Assembly (NCBI GenBank): GCA_963665325.3
Contig: CAXXWS020000004.1
Location: 128,001-192,000, forward strand
Source of the DNA: Alphaproteobacteria bacterium
GTDB lineage: Bacteria; Pseudomonadota; Alphaproteobacteria; Bin95
Direction: 5' to 3'
DNA length: 64,000 nucleotides
The stretch's first letter is position 1; every line of letters begins with the position of its first letter. Below, in pieces: positions 19,819 through 30,919 of the stretch. The position numbers and the translations under genes were made by a program. The notes beneath the pieces are model-generated. The model was not told the origin of the DNA. It did no database searches and was given only the letters and a program-made list of their open reading frames with translations.

Positions 19819-20649
19819 TCACTTCACGGCGCCGAAGGTCAGGCCGCGCACGAGTTGTTTCTGGCTGAACCACCCAAGGATCAGGATCGGCGCGATGGCC
19901 ATGGTCGAGGCTGCGCTCAGCTTGGCGTAGAACAGGCCCTCGGGGCTCGAATAGCTGGCGATGAAGGCGGTCAGCGGGCCGGCCTTCGCCGCGGTCAGGT
20001 TCAGCGTCCAGAACGCCTCGTTCCACGCCAGGATGAAATTCAGAAGGACGGTCGAGGCGATTCCCGGGACGGCCATGGGCGTCAGTACGTGGATGATTTC
20101 GTTCCTCAGCGACGCGCCGTCCATCCGGGCCGCTTCCAGGATCTCGCCGGGAATTTCCCTGAAATAGGTGTAGAGCATCCAGACGATGATCGGCAGATTG
20201 ATCAGCATCATCACGATGACGAGACCGGTGCGCGTGTCGAGGAGTCCCAGCTCGATGAAGACCAGGTAGATCGGGTAGAGAACGCCGACCGCCGGCAGCA
20301 TCTTGGTCGAGAGCATCCAGAGCAGCACGTCCTTGGTCCGCTTCGACGGTACGAATGCCATCGACCATGCGGCGGGAACCGCGACGACGATGCCGACAAG
20401 CGTCGAGCAGCCGGCGATGATCACCGAGTTCCACAGGTAGCGCATATAGTCCGAACGCTCCTGCACGACGGAGTAATTCTCCAAAGTCCAGTTGAAGAAG
20501 AAAAAGACCGGCGGGTCGGCGATCGCCTCCGCCTCGGTCTTGAAACTCGTCAGCACGGTCCAGAGGACCGGGAAGAAGATCAGCAGGCCGATCGCCCATG
20601 CGACGGCGGTGTTGAAGGTCTTTCGCTGGTTCGTGACGGCGCGGGCCAT
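19819..20649 (-). CDS. smoG: Sorbitol/mannitol ABC transporter permease
   Basis: [37 protein letters not shown]. Confidence 0.92.
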   Translation of the reverse strand: MARAVTNQRKTFNTAVAWAIGLLIFFPVLWTVLTSFKTEAEAIADPPVFFFFNWTLENYSVVQERSDYMRYLWNSVIIAGCSTLVGIVVAVPAAWSMAFVPSKRTKDVLLWMLSTKMLPAVGVLYPIYLVFIELGLLDTRTGLVIVMMLINLPIIVWMLYTYFREIPGEILEAARMDGASLRNEIIHVLTPMAVPGIASTVLLNFILAWNEAFWTLNLTAAKAGPLTAFIASYSSPEGLFYAKLSAASTMAIAPILILGWFSQKQLVRGLTFGAVK

Positions 20650-20661
20650 GGCTCTACTTCC

Positions 20662-21528
20662 TCACGCGTCCAGGTTCTTGCCGACGATGCGCATCAGGAA
20701 CAGCGCCACGATATTAGCGAGGATGATCGCGTAAACGCCGCCTGCGGACCCGAGACCCACATTCTGGCTCTCCAGCACGCGCTGGAAGATCAGGTAGGTC
20801 AGCGTCCGGGTGCCGAACGAGCCCTGCGTGGTGACGAAGATCTCGGCAAAGATCGAAAGCAGGAAAATCGTCTGGATCAGAATGACGATGGTGATCGCCT
20901 GCCCGAGATGCGGAAGGACGATGTGGCCGAACCGCGCGAGAGGAGAGGCGCCGTCCATCTCCGCCGCCTCCAGCTGCTCGCTGTCGAGCGATTGCATCGC
21001 CGTCAGCAATATCAGCGTTGCAAAGGGCAGCCATTGCCACGAGACGATCAGCACAATGGAGAAGATCGGGGCCTGGCTGAGCCACTCCACCGGCGCCAGC
21101 CCGAAGAACTTCCAGAGATGCGCGAAGAGCCCGTTCACCGGGTCCATGAGCATGTTCTTCCAGACCAGTGCGGACACCGTCGGCATCACGAAGAACGGCG
21201 CAATCACCAGGATCCGGACGATACCCTGCCCCCACATCGGCTGGTCCAGCAGGAGCGCCAGAAGCACCCCCAGGACCACAGTTATCAGGAGCACGCCGCC
21301 GACGATGACGAGCGTGGTCTGGACGCTCGGCCAGAACGAGCTCGAGGTGACGAAGCGGACGTAATTGTCGAGCCCGACCCATCCCAGGTCGCCGCCTCGC
21401 AGCGGCAGGTAGCGCTTGAGGGAGAAGTAGAGCGTCATGGTCAGCGGCACGAGCATCCAGACGAGGAGCAGGAACACCGCAGGCGCCATCATCAGGCGGG
21501 CGGCGGACCTGGAATGCTCGGTGGCCAT
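20662..21528 (-). CDS. smoF: Sorbitol/mannitol ABC transporter permease
   Basis: PFFVMPTVSALVWKN, WQWLPFA, EAAEMDGA. Confidence 0.92.
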   Translation of the reverse strand: MATEHSRSAARLMMAPAVFLLLVWMLVPLTMTLYFSLKRYLPLRGGDLGWVGLDNYVRFVTSSSFWPSVQTTLVIVGGVLLITVVLGVLLALLLDQPMWGQGIVRILVIAPFFVMPTVSALVWKNMLMDPVNGLFAHLWKFFGLAPVEWLSQAPIFSIVLIVSWQWLPFATLILLTAMQSLDSEQLEAAEMDGASPLARFGHIVLPHLGQAITIVILIQTIFLLSIFAEIFVTTQGSFGTRTLTYLIFQRVLESQNVGLGSAGGVYAIILANIVALFLMRIVGKNLDA

Positions 21529-21694
21529 GACGCATCTCCTTTCGTGCCGGAGACGATTGCCGCTGCGGACGGAGGACGGCGAATGCCGCCCTCCGCTGCA
21601 GTTGGGGCTTTGGCTAGAACGACCTGTTCATTCGGTTCGTCAGCCCTTCGGTTCGAGGAGAGGTTGAGACCTTTCGGTTATCCGGCCTGACTCC

Positions 21695-23014
21695 CTAGTA
21701 GCCGGCGGCTTCCATTTCGTCTGCCGTGAGCGCCTGGGCCTTCTCAAGCGCCTCCGCAACGGTCTGCTGACCGGCGAGCGCGGCCGAGAACTCTTGCCCC
21801 ACCAGCGTCGCGATGCCCGCAAATTCCGGGATCGCGACGAACTGCACGCCGGTATAGGGCACGGGATCGACGGTCGGCTGCGTCGGGTCCGCGGCGTTGA
21901 TCGAGTTCAGCGTCATCCGGGCGAAGGGCGCCGCCTCGAGATAGGCCGCGTTCTGGTAAAGCGATGTCCGCGTGCCTGGCGGGACATTGGCCCAGCCTTC
22001 CTTCGACGCCACCAGCTCGGTGTAGCCCTTGCCGGTCGCCCAGGTGATGAACTTCTTCGCCGCATCCGTGGCATCGGAACCCGCCGGGATCGCCAGCGAC
22101 CAAGCCCAGAGCCAGTTTCCGCGCTTGCCAAGCCCATTGTCCGGAGCGAGAGCGAACCCGACGCTGTCGGCCACAGTCGAATCCTTCGGATTGGTCACGA
22201 ACGAGGCCGCCACGGTCGCGTCGATCCACATGCCGCACTTGCCCTGCTGGAACAGCGACAGGTTTTCGTTGAACCCGTTGGTCGAGGCGCCCGGAGGACC
22301 GTACTCGGTCATAAGGTCCATGTAGAAGTTGAGCGTGTCGGACCATGCCTTGCTGTCGAACTGGGGCTTCCAGTCCTCGTCGAACCAGCGCGCGCCGAAG
22401 GAGTTCGAGGTGGCGGTCAGGAACGCCATGTTCTCGCCCCAGCCGGCCTTGCCGCGCAGGCACACCCCGTAGATTTCCCCATCCTTGTCGGTCATTGCCG
22501 CGGCGGCTTCCTTGATGAAGGCCCAGGTCGGCGCTTCCGGCATCTCAAGGCCGGCCTTTTCCATCAGGTCGGTCCGGTACATCACCATGGAGCTCTCACC
22601 GTAGAACGGCGCGGCGTAGAGCTCGCCGTCAACGGTCAGACCGGAGCGGATTGCAGGCAGGAGGTCGTCCGCATCCCACTCGGAGGGCAGATCGTTCAGC
22701 GACACGAGCCAGCCGTTCTTCCCCCAGATCGGAACCTCGTAGGTGCCGATGGTCAGAACGTCGAACTGGCCGCCCTTTGCGGCGATATCCTGGGTCACGC
22801 GCTGGCGCAGAACGTTTTCTTCCAGCGTCACCCATTCGAGAGCGATGTCGGGATGCCGGGACGTGAAGTCTTCCGTCAGCCCCTGCATCCGGATCATGTC
22901 TCCGTTGTTCACGGTCGCAATGGTGACGGTCGTAGTGTGCGAGTCGGCGTAAGCGCCCGTCGCCGCGAAGAGCGCAAGCGCGCCGGCCGCACAGATTGTG
23001 GTCTTCAACCGCAT
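21695..23014 (-). CDS. smoE: Sorbitol/mannitol ABC transporter substrate-binding protein
   Basis: Signal peptide; TIATVNNGDMIRMQ, APFYGESS, CLRGKAGWGEN, WLWAWSLAIP. Confidence 0.94.
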   Translation of the reverse strand: MRLKTTICAAGALALFAATGAYADSHTTTVTIATVNNGDMIRMQGLTEDFTSRHPDIALEWVTLEENVLRQRVTQDIAAKGGQFDVLTIGTYEVPIWGKNGWLVSLNDLPSEWDADDLLPAIRSGLTVDGELYAAPFYGESSMVMYRTDLMEKAGLEMPEAPTWAFIKEAAAAMTDKDGEIYGVCLRGKAGWGENMAFLTATSNSFGARWFDEDWKPQFDSKAWSDTLNFYMDLMTEYGPPGASTNGFNENLSLFQQGKCGMWIDATVAASFVTNPKDSTVADSVGFALAPDNGLGKRGNWLWAWSLAIPAGSDATDAAKKFITWATGKGYTELVASKEGWANVPPGTRTSLYQNAAYLEAAPFARMTLNSINAADPTQPTVDPVPYTGVQFVAIPEFAGIATLVGQEFSAALAGQQTVAEALEKAQALTADEMEAAGY

Positions 23015-23055
23015 CCGGTTTCACTCCCGTGTATTTCCAAAGTTTCCCAACTAGA

Positions 23056-23087
23056 TTGACTTAATTGGCCGCCCGTTCGCGAGTCAA
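23056..23087 (-). promoter_or_regulatory. Candidate promoter/operator of smoE
   Basis: TTGACT (23056-23061) ... AGTCAA (23082-23087) inverted pair in an AT-richer patch upstream of smoE. Confidence 0.35.
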
Positions 23088-23150
23088 GCAATAAATGGCA
23101 TTGGCACCGGCAATTTCGGGAGATCGGTCCCGCCGGGCCGGCCACGGCGT

Positions 23151-24407
23151 TCAGGTCATATCCCTGGCCGCAGGCACTGCCCCCGACCTGCCCGGGTCGT
23201 TTGCGGGCTGCCGATTGACCGATTGGGAAATCCTTGCCGTTTTCACCAGCAGGTCCGTGTCCGGTGAGAACCGTCCGATGAGGGGCAGCAGCGCTGCGCC
23301 TAGGACACGCGCCGGCGGCCCGATGGAGCCCGTCGCAATCTCGATGGGCGAGAGGCCCGCGCAATCGAACCGGCCGTAGGCGCCGGCTACGCCCTCGACC
23401 ACGCGGCGGCGCCAGTCGGGGCGGAGGAGACCGTCGATCACCACCTCCTCGAAATCCACCACGCTCATCGCCGTCACCACGGCACGGGAGAGAGCGGCGA
23501 CGGCACGTTGCAACCAGGCGTCGAAGATGGCGTCGGCCTCCGGCGCGCCCTCAGGACTCAGCATCTCCGACACGTCGAAACCGCCCGCAGCCAGCGCCCG
23601 TTCCAGGTCGATCACCGAGGCCTGATGGATAAGCTGGTGTGGGCGCCCGCCGCTGCCCGCCTCGTCCATCGGCATCGAGCCGAGAGCGCCCGCATTGAGT
23701 TGCTTGCCCCGATAGAGGCGGCCGTCGATGACCACCCCGCCGCCTACAAATGTGCCGAGATAGATATAGAGAGCGCTGGTCCGGTCGATCCGGTCGCCGG
23801 CGATCATCTCCGCGGCGCAGGCCGCGGTAGCGTCGTTGTAGAGCGACACCGGAAGGCCGGTTGCGGCCTCGAGGTCGGCGGCGACATCGATCTCGCGCCA
23901 TGCCGCGATCGCCTCGCGCTCCAGGCCGAGCACGTCCGACCATTCGTACATGACCCAGGGCATGGCGACGCCGAGTCCGACGATTCGGTCGCGCAGGCAG
24001 GGTTTCAGGGAGCCGGCAAGCTCCAGGGCCGATTCCTTGGCGAGCACCATCGTCTCCGACGGAAGCGGGGCGGGATAGGGTGTGGACCGGGACACGACGA
24101 CGGCGCCGCTGAAATCGACGAGGAGGACCTCAAGACTGCGACGTCCGATCTTGACGCCCAGGGAAAACGCGCCTTCGGGATTGAGCGCGACCGGCGTAAA
24201 GGGTTTGCCGATCCGCCCGCGCACCTTCTCGCGTTTGACGAGAAGCCCGTCGTCCAGCAGGGAGTTGACGATCACGGTGGCGGCCTGGCCGCTGAGGCCG
24301 GTGGTCCGCGCAATTTCCGCCTTCGACAACGCGCCCGCCTGCCTTATGGCAGCGATCATCAAGCGCTCGTTGTAGGCCCTGAGCCCGGTCGATTCTCCGC
24401 CTCGCAT
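23151..24407 (-). CDS. ROK-family transcriptional regulator
   Basis: N-terminal HTH (SKAEIARTTGLS), NDATAACAAE, GTFVGGGVVIDGRLY.G. Confidence 0.92.
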   Translation of the reverse strand: MRGGESTGLRAYNERLMIAAIRQAGALSKAEIARTTGLSGQAATVIVNSLLDDGLLVKREKVRGRIGKPFTPVALNPEGAFSLGVKIGRRSLEVLLVDFSGAVVVSRSTPYPAPLPSETMVLAKESALELAGSLKPCLRDRIVGLGVAMPWVMYEWSDVLGLEREAIAAWREIDVAADLEAATGLPVSLYNDATAACAAEMIAGDRIDRTSALYIYLGTFVGGGVVIDGRLYRGKQLNAGALGSMPMDEAGSGGRPHQLIHQASVIDLERALAAGGFDVSEMLSPEGAPEADAIFDAWLQRAVAALSRAVVTAMSVVDFEEVVIDGLLRPDWRRRVVEGVAGAYGRFDCAGLSPIEIATGSIGPPARVLGAALLPLIGRFSPDTDLLVKTARISQSVNRQPANDPGRSGAVPAARDMT

Positions 24408-24538
24408 CCCGTATTCGTTCCCTCGCGAGTATGCGGTCGTGTCGATGCAGCTGCGAATTCAAGCATAGTCCGGAACGTTCACATAGCGACATGAGCGCCG
24501 GATTTCGCGCCTTCGCAAGGCGGGGAAAGTATCCGCGG

Positions 24539-25471
24539 CTAGACTCCGGGCAAGTCGGGCCGGCGAGGCATATCGGCGCCGCGCCGCGTGCAGGTCATGG
24601 CCGCTGCCGCCATGGCGAAGGCGACGACCCGGCGGCATTCGTCCAGCGAAACCTGCGACAGTCCCGATTTCGTCGCCTTGCCGAGCTCGTCCAGACCGCA
24701 GAGCAGCGCCGCCTGAAAGCTGTCGCCCGCCCCCACCGTATCCACAACCTCGACCGCGCGGCCCGAGGCTTCGAAAACCTCGCCGCGCAGGGATACCACG
24801 GCCCCGTCGTCGCCGCGCGTGACCACGACAAGCTGCACGCCCCGGGCGCTCCAATGCGCGACCGCGCTGTCGATGCCGCTGCCGGGAAACAGCACTTCCA
24901 GGTCCTCGTCGCTCACCTTGATGAGGTCCGCGACCTCCGAGAAAGCCTCGACCTGGCGGCGCCAACGGCCCACATCCGGTTCGACGTTCAGGCGCAGGTT
25001 GGGGTCTAGGGAGATGAGCTTCCCGTCGCGATGGCGCCGGGCGAGCCGAAGCAGGGAGGAGCCGGTCGGCTCGACGACCAGCGAATAGGAGCCGAAATGC
25101 ATGGCCGTCACCGAAGGCGGTAGATCGGGCAGGTCCGTTTCGCTGACCGAGCGGTCGGCCGCCTCGCGGCCGTAGAAGCTGTATCGGGGAACGCCGCTCG
25201 GCTCCAGACCCACAAGCGCCAGCGTCGTCGGGTTCCGCTTGCTGACCAGATAGGCGGTTTCCACTCCCTCTTCCTGCAGCGTGCGTTCCAGTCGGCGACC
25301 CAGGGGATCGGTGGACAGTCCGGTGAACAGCGCGGCTTCGCGCCCGAGGCGCGAGAGTCCGACAGCAACATTGAAGGGCGAGCCGCCGATGCGCGCATCG
25401 AAGATGAAACCGGTATTCGTCTCGGCCGAAGGGAAAAGATCGAAGAGCGCTTCGCCGCAGCTGAGGAACAT
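24539..25471 (-). CDS. PfkB-family carbohydrate kinase (fructokinase-like)
   Basis: GEALFD, GGSPFNVAVGL.RLG, DPNLR, KVSDED, DTVGAGDSF. Confidence 0.93.
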   Translation of the reverse strand: MFLSCGEALFDLFPSAETNTGFIFDARIGGSPFNVAVGLSRLGREAALFTGLSTDPLGRRLERTLQEEGVETAYLVSKRNPTTLALVGLEPSGVPRYSFYGREAADRSVSETDLPDLPPSVTAMHFGSYSLVVEPTGSSLLRLARRHRDGKLISLDPNLRLNVEPDVGRWRRQVEAFSEVADLIKVSDEDLEVLFPGSGIDSAVAHWSARGVQLVVVTRGDDGAVVSLRGEVFEASGRAVEVVDTVGAGDSFQAALLCGLDELGKATKSGLSQVSLDECRRVVAFAMAAAAMTCTRRGADMPRRPDLPGV

Positions 25472-26615
25472 GCCAATCCACCGTATTTCATTACCGACGG
25501 AGCCTCAGCATACAGAACCGGCGAGTATGACGGCTGAAGCACCGGCCGGGCCTGCCTTGCCTGGCGTCTCGTTATGGAGCCCCAATATAGCCCGCCGCCC
25601 CAGTGGCCTGTGTGTAGCATAGCCCGCTTCAACCCGGTTGCGGTTCGCGAGTTCCGGATTGCCCGGAGACAGCCCCGGCCCATGCCCGCCGACGTTGGAC
25701 ATAAGGAGACAGACCTCATGCAGCAAAAGATCCGGATTGAGCGTGTGAAACTGTTCTAGATGCTCCCGGCCGCGGAAGCGGCGGCGGACAGGATCGGCGA
25801 GGCCCGCGCCTGTCCGCTGGTGGACACGGACCGGGAGCCGGTCGGCTGGATCGTCGAGCACCGGAGCGGCGCGGCGCGCTTGTCCGTGGCCGGCGAGTGG
25901 ATCTGACCGATCGCTGACGACGGCCGCCCTTGTCTACCGGCAAGGGCGGGACGGGGAAGACGGCGCTTTCCGTCCCGCTTGCCGCCGAAGATGAGAAGCA
26001 GACCTCGCCGCGGATGGACGAGCTGGGCCGGCAGGACCCGGACGCGCCGATCCGGAACTTTGCGGCTTCCGCGCGTCCGGGTCTGGGGGTCCTCCGGTGG
26101 TAGGCCGAAGGCCAGAAGGTGGAGCCGGCGTCCGCCATCGCGCCTTCAGTGCCGCGCCGGGCGGCTGGCCAGCTCCTCGGCCCGGTCCAGCATCCGGATC
26201 ACGTCCCGCAGGCTGAGGCGCGCACGCTCGCTGTCCGACGCCCGATCGATGTTCTCGATCACCGCGTCCATGGCCGGCGCGTCCAGGCCCTATAGCGCGA
26301 CAATCTGGATGAGAAGTCTCAAGGTAATTGCCGCGCCGCGAAGCCCTTGAGCTGTGGCCGTTGACACGCTGCCGAAAACCTCGATATGGCCGCATGACTC
26401 AAACCAAACTGGCTTGCCGGATGCTCACACAGAGTCCGATGACGTACCGTCTTCTCCACCACCGACACAGGACTCTGTGTCCCGGACTCCGGACTGGAGT
26501 TGCCCCGGCTTCTTGGATGGTCATGGATTCGGTCGAGCGGGGGGGTAGTTTGCTCCGTTCGCAGTAAGACCGAGGCTTGGCCCTTGCAGATTGTCTGCGA
26601 AGCCTGCGCCCGCAA

Positions 26616-29600
26616 TCACCAGCGCAGGGTCGCCCGTATCGCGGCCTGGTCGTCGACGTCGTTGTCGTTGGCGCTCACCCTGCGTTCTAACTCCGCGCCA
26701 AGTTGGAATGCGATGCGACCGCCTTCGACAAATCCGAACCCGTAACCAAGCCGATAATCGCGGTCGTACTCGGATTGCCCGTACTCGATCCCGAATTCGG
26801 CCCGGTTGATACTCAGGCGGTAGCCGAACCGGTAATCTCCCGCCTCTTCCGCGAGCCCGACACGGGCCCACGGCGTGCCGGTAGCCCGGCCGCCAAGAGC
26901 CGGCAGTCCGTACCCGATTTCGGCGTCCAAACGGCCGTCCGGGCTGTCGGCTCCGCCGAAATTGTCGAAGCTCCCGAGGGCCGCACCGGCACCTGGAGCG
27001 GTCTCCCACATGCTCTCGACACCGCGCTGTCCCGCGCCCCAAAACGGCGACACAATCAACGACAACCCGAGGTCCGAATAGGGTTGCGGGTCGTAGCGCA
27101 GCGATCCCGACACGCCATGGTCCCGGAACGTGTTCTCCTCGTGCATGAGCAAGCCGTGCCCGCTGATCTCCGCCGACAACCCCAGCACCGGATCGGTGAG
27201 GGCCAGTCCGCCGCCGAACTCAAGTCCGAAGCCTGTCTCGGCGTCGCCGCCATCGTGGCGCATGCCCACCTCGAAGGTCGGCCGCAACGAGGAGTCGGTT
27301 CCGAGGCTCGTCTCCCAGGACCCTTCCAGGGCGAGGCGCAAGCGCGTCACGTCGGCAGTCGTGGCCTCGAGGCGACCGCCCGAACCCTCCACAGCCTCCG
27401 AGCTGGTCTGCACGCCGAGCGCATCCGTCTTCAGGGCCAGGTCGAAGCTGTCACCCTCCTCTGACGAGAGCAGCGCTCCGCGCGCCCCGGCAGCCGCCAT
27501 CCGCAGCGCGAGCCCGGCTTCGAGCGGCTCATGGCCTTCGGGTGAAACCGTCAGGGTGCCGCTGCCGTAACCCACCGTCCCCCAAAGGGAGAAGCGCTTG
27601 CCGATGCCGTAGGCGGCGTAGGGATAAAGGCCCGTCACATCGGATTCGATGGCGCCGCCAGCATCGCCGTCGCGCCAGCTTCCTTCGCCGCGGCTCTGCG
27701 AAAGGGCCAGACCGGCGATCCAGCCGCCGGCCGCATAGTCCGCGCCGAGCGTCGCCGTCGAGACGTCGCCCTCGATAGCCATGCCCGCGTCCTGTCCCGA
27801 GAAGCTCGTGTAGGCGCCCCGGCCCCAGAATGACGCGAGACCTCCCCCTGACGTCTCCGAGCCGAATTGCAACGATGTCCCCGCCAGCACTTCCCTGCCC
27901 GTCATGCCGCGCGACAGTGTGTTGTCTCCGCCCAACGACGCGTCGTTCCCACGGTAGGCCTCGTCCAGCGAGCCACTCGTCGTGTTGTCGGCGCGGCCGC
28001 TCGCCATGCCCTCCAACAACACACCCAGAGCCTCGCCCATCTCTGCCCCACCCGTGGTGGGGTCAGCGCCGTCGATGCCGGGCGACGTTTCGCTGCCAAT
28101 CACGTGCCCGGCGATCGCGATCCGCGTCCCCTCTTCGCGCGTTGCGGTCAATCTCTCCTCCACGCCTTCGAGCACATGCTCTGCGGCGGTCCTGCCGAAG
28201 CGTGCGAGCCAGGCTCGCGGAATAGGCCCGGTGTTGACGATCGTGCCCGTGGCCTGCGCATCGGAGAGCTGGGCGCCAAAGGGGCGCGACAGCGTGAGCG
28301 TCAGTGTCTCCGAGCCCTCGTCATGGGTGTCGTTCAGAACCGGCACCCTGACCGTCTTCCGCGTCTGGCCGGCCTCGAAGTGCAGCGCACCCGACACCGC
28401 CTCGTAGTCCGCGCCCGCGGCGGCCGTGCCGTCAGACGTCGCATAGCGCACCGAGACGGCAGAGGTTTGCGCCGCGCCCAGCGTCACTCGGAAGGAAAGC
28501 GCCGCCCCCTCCGCCTCCTGGACCCGCGCATCGGCAACCGCGATGCCGGGCGGCGTCGCTACCGTCCCGTCCGGATCCTCGCGTGTGAGCTTGACGGCAA
28601 CCTCCTGCCCGTCCTGCCAGCCGGGATCTTCGACCGTCCAGACGAAAAAGTTCAGCCCCTCGACATCGTCCAACCGCAATTGCAGATCGTCGAGGTGCAG
28701 CGTCAATTGCCCGGGCTCGGGGGGAGCAGAAGCCGTCGCGAACGCCAGCTCCGAACTACCGGGGAAGAAATAGAGATTGCCGGCGCTGTAGCGAACCCCG
28801 TCTTCGGTCCAGCCGTCGGGCGACAGAGAGCCGCCCAGACCATCGTGGCGGCCGATGATGATGCCGCGGAAATCGGTTACCGTCAGCGTCGAGGTCCATA
28901 GCGTCTCGACCGCTGTCTCCGCTGTGGCCTGGTCGTTGTCGAACACCGCGACACTGGCGGAGGCCGCATCGGTGTCCACGATGTAACCGGATCCAGCCAC
29001 GAGTGACGCCGTCACCCGCCCGTCCGCTTCGGCCACCCCGTCGTCTTCAGTCGCCACGCCGAGCGTCGCCGTGCCCGAGCCCGCCACGAACGTCACCGTC
29101 GAGGCCGGCGTGCCCGCCACCGTCTCGCCGGTCTCGCTCACGCTTACCGCGACCGTGAGCGCATCCGTCGTGTCGCCCGTCCGACTCAGCGTGAAGGAGG
29201 CTGAAGTCCCCTCCGTCGCGGTGCTCGTCGCCGCCGCTATCGAGACCTCGGGCGGTGCCGCCGCAACCGTCGCCGTCGCGGCGCTGACCAGCATCTCCTC
29301 CGTGCCGCGGTCGTCGGTATAGGTGAGGCGTACCTTCACCGTCTTGCCCGCTTCCGCAGACGTCAGCGTGTAGGTGGACCCGGTTGCGTCCGCGATGTCC
29401 GTGTCTGACGTGTCGTCGTTCGCGAGCCACTGCCAGGCGAAGACCGCGTTCGTGAGCCCGTCGGCATCCGATACCTCAGAGGCCGAAGCCGTCACCGTCT
29501 CGCCCTCCTGCGCCACACCCGATATCGCCGGAAGACCCACAGGCGCCGTGTTGATCGGCGCAGGCGTGTCGTTGGTCACGGCCTGGGCCGAGAAGCCCGC

Positions 29601-30109
29601 CGCAGGATTGCCTGCCAGGTCGCGGAGCGGGTTCGCATTCGCACCCGTCGGGGCTGCATACCCGACCGTCACCGTCTCCCCGGCGACAACAGCCGAGGCC
29701 AGTGTCAGCGTTACCGCGCTGCCGCCCATGGCAACGCCCGAAACGTCGCGCGCCGCACCATCGACCGATACGGAGAAGGCGTTTGAGGCGGGCGCGGCGC
29801 TCTCGTCCAATGCCTCGCTGAAGGTCAGCGTGAGCGTGGCGCCATCTACGCGCGCATCCGACACGGTGGGCGCAATGTCGTCCATATCCGTAAGCTGCAC
29901 CGTCAGGTCCGCGAGGGTCTCGTTGGCGCCGTCGCTCACCTCAACGGTCACCTCGTAGGTGCCGTCCTGATCCGCGTCGTCCGGCGCCTCGAAATCCTTC
30001 GCCGCCGTGAAGGACAACTCGCCGGCCGCCGTCAGCGCGAACGCACTCGCGTCTACGCCCCCGACCGCCCCTTGCGGGATCGACCACACAAGATCCGCCG
30101 CCGCCGTGT
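26616..30109 (-). pseudogene. 3' part of the giant modular surface protein (cadherin, SwmB-like, Calx-beta repeats, autotransporter-type beta barrel)
   Basis: FEAPDDADQDG.YEVTV, LTLTFSEALD, V.YATSDGTA.AGADY, WLARFGRT, terminal ...RATLRW; fuses in frame with 34494-41635 once the element is removed. Confidence 0.88.
29130..30015. repeat. Intragenic module duplication (copy 1; copy 2 at about 34780-35660)
   Basis: Long near-identical DNA stretches encoding GANANPLRDLAGNPAA, SEVSDADGLTNAVFAWQW and GKTVKVRLTYTDDRGTEE. Confidence 0.85.
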
Positions 30110-30256
30110 TGAGCGGGCGCAGGCTTTCAGCGGCGATCAGGGGCTGATCGGCTCGGATTAATCGAGGTTTTGGATTGGGTGCCCCCCGGCGATCTTGCAA
30201 GAAGGCCGCCGGAGGGCTTGTCTCGGTGACAGTGACATCAACCTGAGACGGCCCCA

Positions 30257-30871
30257 ATGTCGCACAAGCTGTTCCGGCACTCCAATCTCTCCAACGCCCG
30301 GGTTTGGGATTTTCTGAAGCAGGTCGACGCGGCCGAGGCGGAGGCGTGCCGGGCGGCGGGTTGCCCGCGCTGCGGCGGCGCGCTTCACAGCGCGAGCTAC
30401 CCGCGCAAGCCGCACGGTCTGGCGGCGAATCTTCGGAACGACGTTCGGCGCTTCAGCCTGTGCTGTTCGGTGTGCCGACGCCGCGTGAAGCCGCCGTCGG
30501 TGCGTTTCTTCGGCAGGCGCTTTTACGTCGGGGCGCTGTTCCTTGTGGTGAGTGCGCTGGCTGTGGCCGGCGGCGCGCGGTTGCAGACGATCGCGCGGCG
30601 GTGCGGGGTTCCGGCCTCGACGCTGAAGCGCTGGCGGCGCTGGTGGCTGGAAGCCTTCCCGCTGACCCGGGAGTGGCAGGCGAGACGGGGCGAGCTGGCG
30701 GCGCCGCCCGAAGAGGCGCCGCTGCGCCGGCTGCTGCGCATCATGCGGGGCCGTGGCTTCCGCTCGCGGCTGCTGCGGAGCCTGGTCTGGCTGATGCCGT
30801 GGACCGGCTTTTGCGCGCTCGGCGCAGGTCCGGCTTCGCCCGCAGAAAGCGTTTCTATGATGCACGGATAG
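30257..30871 (+). CDS. Zn-finger + HTH accessory protein (DUF6431-like)
   Basis: CPRCGG...CCSVCRRR..PPSVRF; helix-turn-helix TIARRCGVPASTLKRWRRWW. Confidence 0.8.
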   Translation: MSHKLFRHSNLSNARVWDFLKQVDAAEAEACRAAGCPRCGGALHSASYPRKPHGLAANLRNDVRRFSLCCSVCRRRVKPPSVRFFGRRFYVGALFLVVSALAVAGGARLQTIARRCGVPASTLKRWRRWWLEAFPLTREWQARRGELAAPPEEAPLRRLLRIMRGRGFRSRLLRSLVWLMPWTGFCALGAGPASPAESVSMMHG

Positions 30872-30919
30872 GGCACCGCATCATCGGCACCTCCACGAAG
30901 CAGCGAGGGGGATGCCGGA

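Noticed and set aside
30110-30257. Apparent N-terminus (MGPSQVDV...) of the 1213-aa ORF
   Set aside because: It is read from the transposon's left end (TTG start, no signal peptide); the native sequence resumes at TAAADLVW.
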